Assembly: GCA_043821285.1 (NCBI GenBank)
Contig: JBDRCZ010000029.1
Coordinates: forward strand, 14,959-78,958
DNA length: 64,000 nucleotides
Reading direction: 5' to 3'
DNA from: Candidatus Omnitrophota bacterium
GTDB lineage: Bacteria > Omnitrophota > Gorgyraeia > B26-G9 > JBDRCZ01
Shown here: in pieces, positions 36,584-47,295 of the stretch
How positions within the stretch are numbered: position 1 is the stretch's first letter
How the letters are laid out: every line of letters begins with the position of its first letter
Translations under genes and position numbers: made by a program
The notes under the pieces: generated by a model
Database searches by the model: none
Told to the model about the DNA's origin: nothing
The model's input: only the letters and a program-made list of their open reading frames with translations

Positions 36584-37402
36584 TTAAATGATAAAATAAA
36601 ATATCGTCGTAAAGAAACAATCCGCCGCGAGGATTAAAATACAGGAGATCACTACTGCCTGGGTCGTGGCTATCCCGACCCCCTCGGCCCCGCCACGTGT
36701 ATTCATCCCTTCAAAACAACTTATAATTGAAATAATAACTGCAAATACTGCTGACTTTATCAGTCCCGTCCAGATATCCTTATACATTAAAGCATCAAAT
36801 GACTTTTTAAGATACAATCCTGAAGGTATATATAATTTATTAACCGCGACGATAAATCCTCCGCTAATCCCGATAAAGTCCGCATAAATCGTAAGAATTG
36901 GCAGCATTATTAAAAGCGACAAAAACCGCGGCACGACAAGATAACGCACCGGATTTGTCGCCAGGGTCTGTAAGGCATCTATTTGTTCTGTTACCTTCAT
37001 TGTCCCGAGTTCTGCGGCGATTGATGCCCCGACCCGTGCGGCAACAACCAGTGCGGTTAAAACCGGGCCAAGTTCCCGGCACATCGAAAGGCTGACCAGT
37101 CCGGCAATATAAAGCTGTGCCGACATCTTTTTCATTGTATAAGCAGTTTGGAAAGCAAGCACCATACCGGTAAACAAAGCGGTTAAAAATACAATCATAA
37201 AGCTGTTAATCCCGATATGCTCCATTTGCTCAATGAATTTCTTATCTATCCCGAACCTGAATTTATTAAGACGCTGCAGCGGCGGATGAGTTATTGTCCA
37301 AAATAGTGTTTCGAAAAATAAAAATGCTATCCCGCCAACATAGCTGAAGATATTATTAAAAATTTCCTTTAAATCCCTCATCACGCAGATTAGGGCTTTC
37401 AT
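36584..37402 (-). CDS. mlaE: ABC transporter permease MlaE
   Basis: Polytopic permease, 272 aa, 1-nt gap to mlaF. Confidence 0.8.
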   Translation of the reverse strand: MKALICVMRDLKEIFNNIFSYVGGIAFLFFETLFWTITHPPLQRLNKFRFGIDKKFIEQMEHIGINSFMIVFLTALFTGMVLAFQTAYTMKKMSAQLYIAGLVSLSMCRELGPVLTALVVAARVGASIAAELGTMKVTEQIDALQTLATNPVRYLVVPRFLSLLIMLPILTIYADFIGISGGFIVAVNKLYIPSGLYLKKSFDALMYKDIWTGLIKSAVFAVIISIISCFEGMNTRGGAEGVGIATTQAVVISCILILAADCFFTTIFYFII

Positions 37403-38943
37403 TGATCAAACACCGTCATTTTTTCACCCGGGGTGATTTTGATATCTTTAAGCATCGTATCCTGGCCAATCCTTCTAAAATCAAATTCTCCCTTTATCTC
37501 CAGATAACTATCACGTTGATATGCCCGGGAATTAACCACTTTTAAAATCGGGTAATAACCCATAACATTTAAATTTGTCCGGGAATACTTCATCGTACCA
37601 ATTATGCCGTCTTTTCCTTCAAAATGCCCGCGGCTTTTGAGCCGGTTGGCGTTTCCTTTAAATTCCATCCACCCATCCATTATACCACTGACCAGCGGAG
37701 TAGTAGAATCCGTTTTACCTAAGATTAAAAGATCAGATACATCGGCATTAACGATATTAAGCTGCAAATTCAATTCGTAAGGCTCAATCAGTCCGGCTCT
37801 GCCGTTTAAAATATAATCCCGGCCGATGGTTAGCTTTTTTATTTCCAGATAATTTTTGTATAAAATAAACTCACCATTTACTTCTTTAAACGGTTTACGA
37901 TTTATTTCCGTATTCGTGGTAGAAAGTTTTCCTTGCACCTGCGCATCTGTCCGGTCACCGCGTAAAACAATGCTTAAAAATTCAAGGTCGGTTGATAGCT
38001 GGTAAGAATTAAAATGCAGATCTTTTATTTTTGCCTTGGCCCGGGTAAAATCGCTGTTTGAAAAATCGATATTTAATTCGATATCCCCGCCTAAAACAAG
38101 GGCATTAAGCATTATTTTCTGTTCCCTAAAATCAACCCTCCCCGACATTTTAACCTGCTTACCAAAATCAATATTCTTGATCATCAGCCTTTTTCCGTTC
38201 AACGCGGCTTCGCCAAGCAGGTGGATCTTACTGCGGTTTAATAAATCGGCAATTCCCCAGATAATAAAATTATCCACCCGGCCATTGATATTAAAAAAGG
38301 TATCCAGCATTCGTGAGTCCACCTGGATATCAAATTTTGGACCACGGTCAAAACTAAAAACTCTTCCCTTGATAAAAATCGGCACGCCGCCGGCCGTGCA
38401 ATCCATGTTGTCAAAAATAATTTCATCACGGCTAATATTTACGCAGCCATTTAATTTCTCAATAACCGTCGTATTGCCATCAAATAAGATACTCCCCTGA
38501 ACAATTTTTAACCGCATATCTTTGGGTAAACAATAATTGCTAACGGTCCCGTTTTTTGTCTGATTGTTAACGTTACTAAAATTACTCAAATGGATGCGCG
38601 GTGATATTAAAATAATTTTACTGGGAAATCCGCTCTTTCTAAAAAAATTCCAAATGCGGTAATCAACATACGCCCGTTCAACACTAAATAATTTTGCGTT
38701 TTTACCATTATTTTTTTTTGCCAGCACAAAGTCTTTTAAAACAAATTTTCTGATAATCCCGCCTTCGATACTATCAATGCTCACATCCTGCCCAAACTCC
38801 TCTCCCAGATGTTTAACCAGATAGGCCTTTGCCCCGCGGATTAAAAATGTGGGGTAGGTCTCGGCAAAAAATAATATTACCGTAAGCAGCGCAAGAATCA
38901 AAAGAAGGATTGTTCTTTTTTTTGAAATAGCCTTTAAACGCAT
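37399..38943 (-). CDS. membrane-anchored hypothetical protein co-operonic with mlaEFD (possibly AsmA-like)
   Basis: N-terminal TM (ILLLILALLTVILFF); ATGA start/stop overlap with mlaE. Family assignment is inference only. Confidence 0.6.
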   Translation of the reverse strand: MRLKAISKKRTILLLILALLTVILFFAETYPTFLIRGAKAYLVKHLGEEFGQDVSIDSIEGGIIRKFVLKDFVLAKKNNGKNAKLFSVERAYVDYRIWNFFRKSGFPSKIILISPRIHLSNFSNVNNQTKNGTVSNYCLPKDMRLKIVQGSILFDGNTTVIEKLNGCVNISRDEIIFDNMDCTAGGVPIFIKGRVFSFDRGPKFDIQVDSRMLDTFFNINGRVDNFIIWGIADLLNRSKIHLLGEAALNGKRLMIKNIDFGKQVKMSGRVDFREQKIMLNALVLGGDIELNIDFSNSDFTRAKAKIKDLHFNSYQLSTDLEFLSIVLRGDRTDAQVQGKLSTTNTEINRKPFKEVNGEFILYKNYLEIKKLTIGRDYILNGRAGLIEPYELNLQLNIVNADVSDLLILGKTDSTTPLVSGIMDGWMEFKGNANRLKSRGHFEGKDGIIGTMKYSRTNLNVMGYYPILKVVNSRAYQRDSYLEIKGEFDFRRIGQDTMLKDIKITPGEKMTVFDQ

Positions 38944-39165
38944 AAATTTTAAATTATTGCCTTCGGCACTAATTTATCCACTGCCTTTTCTTTAAAAAAG
39001 AAAAGGCAGCCCAAAAGAAAAAATTTCTATGTTCTTTTAATAAATCCCTTCTACCGTTTTGTCCACCGTATCCACTACTAATACCTTGGCGGATTTTCGA
39101 TGTGTTGGAAAATGCAAGGCATTTTCCAAGTATGAATCTCCCCCGTCTCTTGCTGCGGGGCATAT

Positions 39166-41598
39166 TCATTGCGCGGTAAAAATAAGTGATTTATCATTTG
39201 CCGATATTTTTAACGGCTTAGTTTTATCAATTTTTCCTAAAAGCATTTCTTCTGCCAGGGGGTCTTCGATATAACGTTGAATCGTACGTTTCAGCGGCCG
39301 CGCGCCAAATATTTGGTCAAAACCCTTTGCCACTAAAAAATCCTTGGCTTTCTGATCTAATTCAATTTTTATCTTTTGTTCTTCAAGACGCAGGATCACC
39401 TCTTTCATCTCGATTTCAATGATGTCATAAAGGTTTTCTTTGGTCAACGGCCTAAATACAATAGTGTCATCGACCCGGTTTAAAAACTCCGGTTTAAATG
39501 TTTTCTTTACTTCATCAAGCAGCCGATCTTTCATTGACTGGTAAGTAATCTCATCCTTTTGCGGGGTAAACCCAATCGCCCCCTGTTTTTTCAGCGTTTC
39601 CGCTCCAATATTAGAGGTCATGATTAGCACGGTATTACGAAAATCTACGCGCCGTCCGAAACTATCCGTCAAACGCCCCTCTTCAAGCATTTGTAATAAA
39701 ATATTGAATACATCCGGATGCGCCTTTTCAATCTCATCAAGCAACACTACGGCATAAGGCCTTCTTCTGATCTTCTCTGTCAACTGCCCGCCCTCTTCAT
39801 ATCCCACATATCCCGGGGGAGCTCCCACCAAACGGGAAACATTAAATTTTTCCATGTATTCGGACATGTCAATCTGTATAATCGCATCAGCATCACCAAA
39901 TAGAAATTCTGCCAACGCCTTTCCAAGAAGAGTTTTTCCTACTCCGGTCGGGCCTAAAAAGATAAACGAGCCAATTGGCCGCTTAGGATCTTTAAGTCCG
40001 GTACGGGAACGCCGTATGGCACTGGCAACAGCCTTAATCGCTTCATCCTGTCCGACTAAGCGTTTATGCAAATCTTCTTCAATCCGCAGCAATTTTTCTG
40101 TCTCTTTTTCTTCAAGCCTGGCAATCGGAATACCGGTCCATTTCGAGACAATTTCGGCAATGTCTTCGGCAGTAACCTCTACGCGCTTCTCCAGCCGGCT
40201 TTCTTTCCAGTCACGGCGTATTTTTTCAAGCTGTGTCCGTGATTCGCGTTCCTGATCTCTGAACTTTGCCGCCTTTTCAAAATCCTGAGCCTTAACCGCA
40301 GCCTCTTTTTCTTTGCGCAACTGTTCAATCTTTACCTCCATGTCTTTTAAATCCGGCGGAGCCGTCATTGTCATCAACCTGGCACGTGAACCGGCCTCAT
40401 CAATAATATCCACGGCTTTATCCGGAAGGAACCTGCCGGTAATATAACGGTCGGAAAGTTTCGCCGCGGCTTCAAGTGCCGTATCCGCGTATTTTACCCG
40501 ATGATGCGCTTCATATTTGTCTCTAAGTCCCCGTAAGATTTCTATTGTTTCTTTAATTGTTGGCGGTTCGACAATAATTGTCTGAAAGCGCCGTTCAAGC
40601 GCCGCATCTTTTTCGATATACTTTCTGTATTCATCCATGGTCGTCGCCCCAATACACTGGATTTCCCCACGGGCGAGTGCCGGTTTTAGAATATTAGAAG
40701 CATCAATCGCTCCCTCCGCACCACCGGCTCCGACTAAAGTATGCAGCTCATCGATAAATATTATAATATCTTCTGAACGTTTAATCTCATCCATAACTGC
40801 CTTTATTCTTTCTTCAAACTGGCCGCGATATTTTGTTCCGGCAACCATAAGCGCAAGATCAAGGATTACTACCCGCCGGTTACGCAATACCTCCGGCATA
40901 TCGCCGGCAATTATTTTTTGTGCCAGTCCTTCGACAATCGCCGTTTTACCTACCCCCGCTTCACCTAACAAAACCGGATTATTCTTTGTCCGGCGGGCAA
41001 GTATCTGGATTACCCGTTCAATTTCATTTTTTCTGCCGATAACCGGATCGAGTTTATTATCTTTAGCTAACTTTGTTAAATCACGGCCAAAGGCATCAAT
41101 TGCCGGAGTTTTTCGTTTTTCCGCGCCTGTGCCTGTAGACATACTATTGTAAGTCGGCATTGCCGTTCCTAAGAGTTCCATAATTTCTCCTCTTACCTTA
41201 TTAAGATCAAGACCGAGATTAAGCAACACCTGTGAGGCAACACCTTCGGTTTCACGAATCAGGCCTAACAGCAAATGTTCTGTACCAATATAATTATGCC
41301 CCAGTGCCCTGGCCTCACTCATCGCCAGTTCAATTGCTTTTTTCGCCTTAGGGGTAAACGGAATATCACCTGAGGTAACCGTACTCGGGCCAGCCTGAAC
41401 AAGTTTTTCTACCTCTAATCTAATAATATCCAGACTAAGGTTTAAATTCTGCAAAACCGCCGCCGCCACCCCCTCTCCTTCCTTAATCAATCCTAGCAGG
41501 ATATGTTCTGTGCCAATGTAGTCATGATTAAATCGTTTAGCTTCTTCTTTTGCTAATAAAATCACCTTTCGTGCACGTTCCGTATATCGGTCAAACAT
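39166..41598 (-). CDS. clpC: ATP-dependent Clp protease ATP-binding subunit ClpC
   Basis: Two Clp_N repeats, two AAA+ modules ([16 protein letters not shown]), UVR-like middle domain; 810 aa. Confidence 0.93.
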   Translation of the reverse strand: MFDRYTERARKVILLAKEEAKRFNHDYIGTEHILLGLIKEGEGVAAAVLQNLNLSLDIIRLEVEKLVQAGPSTVTSGDIPFTPKAKKAIELAMSEARALGHNYIGTEHLLLGLIRETEGVASQVLLNLGLDLNKVRGEIMELLGTAMPTYNSMSTGTGAEKRKTPAIDAFGRDLTKLAKDNKLDPVIGRKNEIERVIQILARRTKNNPVLLGEAGVGKTAIVEGLAQKIIAGDMPEVLRNRRVVILDLALMVAGTKYRGQFEERIKAVMDEIKRSEDIIIFIDELHTLVGAGGAEGAIDASNILKPALARGEIQCIGATTMDEYRKYIEKDAALERRFQTIIVEPPTIKETIEILRGLRDKYEAHHRVKYADTALEAAAKLSDRYITGRFLPDKAVDIIDEAGSRARLMTMTAPPDLKDMEVKIEQLRKEKEAAVKAQDFEKAAKFRDQERESRTQLEKIRRDWKESRLEKRVEVTAEDIAEIVSKWTGIPIARLEEKETEKLLRIEEDLHKRLVGQDEAIKAVASAIRRSRTGLKDPKRPIGSFIFLGPTGVGKTLLGKALAEFLFGDADAIIQIDMSEYMEKFNVSRLVGAPPGYVGYEEGGQLTEKIRRRPYAVVLLDEIEKAHPDVFNILLQMLEEGRLTDSFGRRVDFRNTVLIMTSNIGAETLKKQGAIGFTPQKDEITYQSMKDRLLDEVKKTFKPEFLNRVDDTIVFRPLTKENLYDIIEIEMKEVILRLEEQKIKIELDQKAKDFLVAKGFDQIFGARPLKRTIQRYIEDPLAEEMLLGKIDKTKPLKISANDKSLIFTAQ

Positions 41599-41623
41599 CT
41601 TGCTCCTCCTTTAATATTAGTAG

Positions 41624-41646
41624 GGTTCTGTCAGATACTTAACCAC
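41624..41646 (-). promoter_or_regulatory. conserved leader motif copy (GTGGTTAAGTATCTGACAGAACC) 26 nt upstream of the clpC ATG
   Basis: See 15023-15045. Confidence 0.45.
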
Positions 41647-41870
41647 TTACTTTATAATCTTACCCATCCCCCTCTGTGTTCTCTTACAGTATTAATCTTT
41701 CTATCCCTTCTTTTAGCCTCAACATATTGAATGAACTTCAATAGCAAATGCGATTATCTTCTCGGTTATCTCCTTCATCGTGAATTCTTTTCGAGAGCTC
41801 TGACCTGCCGGCAGGCAGGGCATTGTCTTTCTCTCTGCGTCCTCAGTGGTTCCTTTCATTTTCTTTCATT

Positions 41871-42923
41871 TTATTTTCCGGTTAACTTCTCGCGGATCAA
41901 ACGCGCGCGGGTCACATCACGCTCCTGTTGAGTTAATATCTTGCCTTCAAGTTTCTGCAGGTGTGCCGGCTGGGTAAGGATAAACAGTTGATTAACCGTT
42001 TGCCGGTCAATCTCCTTAATTATTTCCAAATCTACCCCTAAACGAACAATCGATAAAAGCTCTATCGTTTCTTTAGAAGATATAATATGGGCACTTTTAA
42101 GGATGCCAAATCCGCGCCAGATCTGGTCTTCAATCCCGGCACGGTTTTGTTTCAGTAGTGCCGCTCTGGCGTTCTGCTCATAATCAATTATTTGACGAAT
42201 GATCCGTTCAATACTATCTAAGATACTTTCTTCACTACGTCCCATAGTAACACTGTTTGAAATCTGAAAAAAATTCCCGCTGGCCTCTGTCCCCTCGCCA
42301 AACAACCCTCGAGCGGTAAGTCCTAATTTAGCGATTGCCTGAAGCACGCGGTTTATCTGCTTTGTCATTACCAGAGACGGCAAATGCAACATTACCGAGG
42401 CGCGCATACCGGTGCCGGTATTTGTCGGACAGGCAGTTAAATATCCCCAGTCAACGGAAAAGGCAAAATTCAGCCGACGTTCCATTTCTTTATCTAAATT
42501 ATTAATCACATCCCAAGCTGAACGTAAATTAAAACCCGATTGAATTACCTGTGAACGCATGTGGTCTTCTTCATTAACCATTACCGAAATAATTTCATTT
42601 TTATCAATACATACTGCCTTAACATCAGTCTGCACAATATGCTCGCGGCTGACTAAATGTCTTTCCAGCAAAAACTGGCGGTCAATGCTGTTTAATTTAT
42701 TCATCAGTAAATATATCCCGTCCTTAAAATAATTAAGCGACAACATAACCGGTTCTATTAATTTCAGGGTATCTTCCTGCTGTTTTTTCGCTGCCCAGTG
42801 GGAAAAAGGCAGTTTGTTTAAATTTCTCGCCAGGCGCACGCGGCTGCTAATAATAATATTTGAATTCGGACCGGTCCCTCTTAACCATTCACTGGTCTGA
42901 TGCAACAATTCATCAAGCTTCAT
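41871..42923 (-). CDS. mcsB: protein arginine kinase McsB
   Basis: ATP:guanido phosphotransferase domain (CPTNTGTGMRAS); 350 aa. Confidence 0.88.
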   Translation of the reverse strand: MKLDELLHQTSEWLRGTGPNSNIIISSRVRLARNLNKLPFSHWAAKKQQEDTLKLIEPVMLSLNYFKDGIYLLMNKLNSIDRQFLLERHLVSREHIVQTDVKAVCIDKNEIISVMVNEEDHMRSQVIQSGFNLRSAWDVINNLDKEMERRLNFAFSVDWGYLTACPTNTGTGMRASVMLHLPSLVMTKQINRVLQAIAKLGLTARGLFGEGTEASGNFFQISNSVTMGRSEESILDSIERIIRQIIDYEQNARAALLKQNRAGIEDQIWRGFGILKSAHIISSKETIELLSIVRLGVDLEIIKEIDRQTVNQLFILTQPAHLQKLEGKILTQQERDVTRARLIREKLTGK

Positions 42924-42946
42924 ATAAAACCCCTTTTTTATTCTCT

Positions 42947-42969
42947 GGTTCTGTAAAATACTTAACCAC
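42947..42969 (-). promoter_or_regulatory. conserved leader motif copy (GTGGTTAAGTATTTTACAGAACC) 24 nt upstream of the mcsB ATG
   Basis: See 15023-15045. Confidence 0.45.
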
Positions 42970-43310
42970 GGAGGTTCTAGTGCTCACTTTTAAGGTGTAC
43001 GACAACCTTTGGCCGTTCATTACCATAAATACTTATTTCCCCGCCAAGATTCATTGACTACAGATTGTAAAACAACGTTTAAACATTTTTTAGCCACGGA
43101 TTTACACGGATACTACACGAATTTTAATATTCAAACCTTTCAACTCTTTTTTAAATTTTTCTAGTCACGCCTTTTTTATCCGTGGCTAATCCGTGAAAAT
43201 CTGTGGCTCTATTTTATTTTTTCGCCATGAATTAACACAGATGTAACAACGGGGCATCGTGATTATTTTCCTGTGATTCCTTTCATTTTATTGTCACTTT
43301 ATTTTTGACA

Positions 43311-43850
43311 CTACTTATTTTCTTTCTTTTCCATCTCTTTTATTTTATCGCGTATTTTTGCCGCCTCCTCAAATGCCTCGGTCTGAATTGCCTTCTGTAG
43401 TCTAATTTGCATATCCTGAAGCTCTTTTCTAACCTTAAACTCAGGCCCGCTTTTTGTTGGAGATTTTCCGGCATGCTGACTTGCGCCGTGTATCCTTTTA
43501 AATAACGGTTCCAGACTCTGCTTAAACGTTGTATAACACTCACTGCAGCCAAAACGGCCAATCCGCTTAAAGTCCTCGTAGGTAAGTTTACAATTTGGGC
43601 ATTTAATTACCTGTTTTCTTCCTGGTTTTCCTGCTGGTACGGCTAAATCAACCAGTCCGGATAAAAGATCCTGCAAAGCAAACGGCTGTCCTAACCCGGC
43701 GACGCCTTTTTCCCGTGCGCATTCTTCGCAAAGATGCAATTCAGTCATCTGATCATTGATTATTTCCGTAAGATGCACGGAAGCCTGTTTCTTCCCGCAA
43801 ATATCACAGACCATATTTAACCTCCGGTTAACTAAAATTCCAAAATTCAA
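43311..43850 (-). CDS. mcsA: McsA (zinc-finger and UVR-motif activator of McsB)
   Basis: CDICGKK...CEEC and CPNC...CSEC zinc fingers plus a UvrB/C motif (LQKAIQTEAFEEAAKIRDKIKEME). True start is likely the later Met (MVCDICG). Confidence 0.8.
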   Translation of the reverse strand: MNFGILVNRRLNMVCDICGKKQASVHLTEIINDQMTELHLCEECAREKGVAGLGQPFALQDLLSGLVDLAVPAGKPGRKQVIKCPNCKLTYEDFKRIGRFGCSECYTTFKQSLEPLFKRIHGASQHAGKSPTKSGPEFKVRKELQDMQIRLQKAIQTEAFEEAAKIRDKIKEMEKKENK

Positions 43851-43953
43851 ATGTCAAAATCTAAATGAATCTTCTAATCTTCAAATCCTTTAATTTTTTT
43901 ATTGTTTTATTTAGTAATTCATTTGAAATTTGGATTTTGACATTTGTCATTCT
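43834..43953 (+). repeat. MITE-like family C element between mcsA and the aminotransferase gene
   Basis: aaaattccaaaattcaaatgtcaaaatctaaatgaatcttc ... catttgaaatttggattttgacatttgtcattc. Confidence 0.6.
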
Positions 43954-43957
43954 GTTT

Positions 43958-44857
43958 TTAAAGTTTGTATCGCGTCCCCTTTATCTTGGTAACCTTTTGA
44001 AATTCTTTCATGATTAACTTTGTCGTCTTTCCCGGCAAACCATCACCAATTTTGCGGCCGTCAATTTGAACCACGGGAATAACCTCGGCCGCGGTACCGG
44101 TTAAAAAACACTCATCCGCGTTATAGAGGTCGTGGCGGGTTAAAAAATCTTCCGTAAAACCGGCAATGTGTTTTTTTCTGACAATATCAATAACTTCCCC
44201 TCTGGTTATCCCGTTCAATACGCCCAGATTAACGATTGGTGTTTTTAATTCACCATTTTTTATAATAAAAATATTATCCCCGGTACATTCCGCAACATAC
44301 CCCTGGGAATTAAGCATTATTGCCTCTTCAACGCCGGCATTTATTGCCTCGATTTTTGCCAGAATGTTATTTAAATAATTAAGTGATTTTATCTGCGGAT
44401 TAACTGCCTCGGAAAGATTACGCATTGTCGGTACCGTGACGATCACCAGTCCCTGTTCGTAAAATTTCTGCGGATAAATGGCAATTTTATCGGTAATAAT
44501 GATAATCACCGGACGGCGGCATTTTCTCGGGTCAAGTCCCAAATCACCAATACCTCTGGTTACCACCAATCTTATATAGGCATTTTTCAATTTATTCAAT
44601 TTTAAGGTATCAATTACGGCTTTAATCATTTCTTTTTTGGCCATGGGAAGCATCAGCATTATCGTGTGTGCCGATTCATACAAGCGGTCAATATGTTCTT
44701 CCAGCTTAAACACCAACCCATTATAAGACCGGATTCCTTCAAACACGCCGTCGCCATAAAGCAGTCCATGGTCAAAAACAGAAACCCTTGCCTGATCCTG
44801 TTCATAGTATTTTCCATCAACATAAACCTTCAATCCCATGATCACCTCCCGGTACAA
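43958..44857 (-). CDS. ilvE: class IV aminotransferase, branched-chain amino acid aminotransferase-like
   Basis: LYGDGVFEGIRSY and other class IV fold motifs; 299 aa. D-amino-acid aminotransferase cannot be excluded. Confidence 0.7.
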   Translation of the reverse strand: MYREVIMGLKVYVDGKYYEQDQARVSVFDHGLLYGDGVFEGIRSYNGLVFKLEEHIDRLYESAHTIMLMLPMAKKEMIKAVIDTLKLNKLKNAYIRLVVTRGIGDLGLDPRKCRRPVIIIITDKIAIYPQKFYEQGLVIVTVPTMRNLSEAVNPQIKSLNYLNNILAKIEAINAGVEEAIMLNSQGYVAECTGDNIFIIKNGELKTPIVNLGVLNGITRGEVIDIVRKKHIAGFTEDFLTRHDLYNADECFLTGTAAEVIPVVQIDGRKIGDGLPGKTTKLIMKEFQKVTKIKGTRYKL

Positions 44858-44865
44858 TTACAAAT

Positions 44866-45104
44866 TCCAAATGTCAAATTCCAAATAAATAACTTAACAA
44901 AAAAATGACAAATAAAAGAAACATTATACAACAAAATGTTTTTCTCTGTGTAATTAAATAAAAAAATTCCTTCGGAATCTTTTTATCCATTTGAAAACCG
45001 TAGGTTTTCAAACTTTCCCTCCAAAAGATCACCCTCTATCAAGCTATAGGGAATAATCAAGTTTAATGATTCATTTAGATTTTGGCATTTGTAATTTGTC
45101 ATTT
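44866..45104 (+). repeat. composite element: family C inverted-repeat arms (44866-44900 and 45060-45104) enclosing a partial family A module (44958-45024)
   Basis: attacaaattccaaatgtcaaattccaaat ... ataaaaaaattccttcggaatctttttatccatttgaaaaccgtaggttttcaaactttccctcc ... gattcatttagattttggcatttgtaatttgtcatttttt. Confidence 0.5.
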
Positions 45105-45105
45105 T

Positions 45106-45774
45106 TTACACGATCTTCCCGTCTCTGATATGTACCACCTGCCCGGCAAATTCGGTTATCGTCTTTTCATGCGTAACAATAATTAACGTTTTTTTCTCTT
45201 CCTTATTTAACCTTGAGAGTATTTCTATTATCTTTCTGCCGGTTTCTGAATCAAGATTACCGGTTGGTTCATCACAGAGTACCAGTTCCGGTTCATTGAT
45301 CAATGCCCGGGCAATCGCCGTGCGCTGCTGCTCTCCCCCGGAAAGCTCAAATGGCCGGTGGGTTATTCTTTCCTGCAGTCCCATCTGTTCGAGCAAAGCC
45401 GCGGCCTTTTTTTTAAGCATAGTTAAATCTCCCCGGGCAATCCTTCCCGGAAGCATTACATTCTCAATAACCGAAAGCTCCGGTAAAAGATGATAAAACT
45501 GAAATACAAAACCAATTCTCTGGTTCCGAATAGCCGCCAGGTCATTTTGAGACAGCGCATATAAATTTATATTGTCAAAAAAAACTTCTCCCTTACTTGG
45601 ATAATCAAGTCCGCCGAGTAAGTGCAGCAGCGTACTTTTACCCGCACCCGAAGGGCCGATAATACAGGTAAACGAGCCGTCTTTTATCTCTAAATTTATC
45701 CCTTTTAGAACCTCAAGCCTTTTTCGCCCCTCATGATAGACTTTGCCCAGATTAATAACTTTAAGCTTATTCAT
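45106..45774 (-). CDS. lolD: lipoprotein-releasing ABC transporter ATP-binding protein LolD
   Basis: Walker [25 protein letters not shown]; 222 aa. Overlaps lolE by 8 nt. Confidence 0.85.
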   Translation of the reverse strand: MNKLKVINLGKVYHEGRKRLEVLKGINLEIKDGSFTCIIGPSGAGKSTLLHLLGGLDYPSKGEVFFDNINLYALSQNDLAAIRNQRIGFVFQFYHLLPELSVIENVMLPGRIARGDLTMLKKKAAALLEQMGLQERITHRPFELSGGEQQRTAIARALINEPELVLCDEPTGNLDSETGRKIIEILSRLNKEEKKTLIIVTHEKTITEFAGQVVHIRDGKIV

Positions 45775-46948
45775 ATCTTAAGGCTTCAACCGGTTTAAGC
45801 TGCGCAGCCTGATGTGCGGGATAGAGCGTTGCCATGAGACTAATCGCCAGGGCGGCAATAATTATCAAAGATATGTCGAACGTTTCAATTTTTATCGGCA
45901 GTTTATCGATATAGTATATATCCTGCGGCAATTTTATAAGATCATAGTTTTTCAATATATAGGAGAGCAAAAATCCACAAACCCCGCCGAAAAATGTCCC
46001 GAGCGTGCCAATCATCAGACCGTCGAGAATAAATATCTTCCGGATGCTGTTATTAGTTGCCCCGACAGATTTCAGAATACCAATATCCTTTGTCTTTTCC
46101 ATTACCGTCATCATCAAAGTACTTACGATATTTAAGGCAGCAACAACCACAATCAATGCTAAAATTATAAACATCGCCGTCTTTTCAAGCCTCAAGGCAT
46201 TAAACAGGTTTCGGTTAATATCCATCCAGCTCCTTACCCAGTAAGGGTAGGTTAATATCTTTTTAAGTTCATCTTTTACCTTATCGGCCTTGTAAACATC
46301 GTCTATCTTTATCCCAATCCCACTGACGACATCTTCCTGCATTGTGATTTTTTTTGCCTGGTCAATCGAGGTAAACACCAATGCTGAGTCAAAATCATAC
46401 ATCCCAGAATCAAAAATCCCGGTAATGTTATAGGCGGTTATCTCGGCATTAATCGGCGAAAGCACTTCTATCCTGCCGCCAATCCTTTTTCCCAGACGCG
46501 CGGCAAGCTGCTTACCAATAATTATACCCTTATCTTGCAGGTTAAACACGCCATATTTAAGATATTCTTTAATATTTGTTACCGCGGGTTCTGTTTCCGG
46601 ATTAATTCCTCTTAATACAACATTCGCAAGATAATCCTTACTGCGGATCATCACCTGCGCGCTGACAAACTCAGAGACCGCAAGTACATGCGGATTTTTT
46701 AATGCAATATTGTTTACTTCCTGATAATTATCTATGCCGTTTTCCTTCTCAATAATCAGATGCGAATTTGTCCCGATAATCTTATCACGCAACTGGGCAT
46801 CAAACCCGCTCATCACCCCAATTACAACAATTAAAGTCATCACGCCCACGGCAATCCCGATAATCGAAATCAAACTAATAATCGAGATAAACTTTTCTTT
46901 ACGTTTTGTTTTTAAATAGGTTAGACTTATAAAAAACTCATATTTCAT
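45767..46948 (-). CDS. lolE: lipoprotein-releasing system permease (LolC/E, FtsX-like)
   Basis: MacB-like periplasmic domain with FtsX TM helices; 393 aa. Confidence 0.8.
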   Translation of the reverse strand: MKYEFFISLTYLKTKRKEKFISIISLISIIGIAVGVMTLIVVIGVMSGFDAQLRDKIIGTNSHLIIEKENGIDNYQEVNNIALKNPHVLAVSEFVSAQVMIRSKDYLANVVLRGINPETEPAVTNIKEYLKYGVFNLQDKGIIIGKQLAARLGKRIGGRIEVLSPINAEITAYNITGIFDSGMYDFDSALVFTSIDQAKKITMQEDVVSGIGIKIDDVYKADKVKDELKKILTYPYWVRSWMDINRNLFNALRLEKTAMFIILALIVVVAALNIVSTLMMTVMEKTKDIGILKSVGATNNSIRKIFILDGLMIGTLGTFFGGVCGFLLSYILKNYDLIKLPQDIYYIDKLPIKIETFDISLIIIAALAISLMATLYPAHQAAQLKPVEALRYE

Positions 46949-47295
46949 TACTTTATTCTTCTTTTGGTTTCAACTGCGGGAACAAAATCACATCCCGGAT
47001 TGACGGCTGGTTACAAAAAATCATCATCTGGCCAATCCCTATCCCCAAAATGATTAACTTCTTTATTTACAAGCTGTTGCAGCTTTTATTCAGCTATTCC
47101 CTCGCTCACAGCTTATCCTCGCTATATAACTTACATTAGTGTTTTATTATATAACAGAAAACACTCCACTGTCAAGCAAGTTACCGCTGCAAAGAATCGC
47201 CTCTAAGGTAACGTACATGCTCATTCAAGAGGGTTATTCTTTTTGCTAACAATATCTATTGAACTAAGATAAAAACCCCGTGTGGCGGTTAATTG

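Noticed and set aside
38969-39169. 66-aa minus-strand ORF between clpC and the 514-aa gene; likewise 18329-18526, 19153-19341 and 19351-19581
   Set aside because: Short, no RBS or motif support, located in repeat-rich or AT-rich spacer. Likely non-coding.
41599-41870. CtsR operator (GGTCAAA heptad direct repeat) or CIRCE element upstream of clpC and mcsB
   Set aside because: Neither consensus is present. A different conserved motif is present instead and is reported as a finding.
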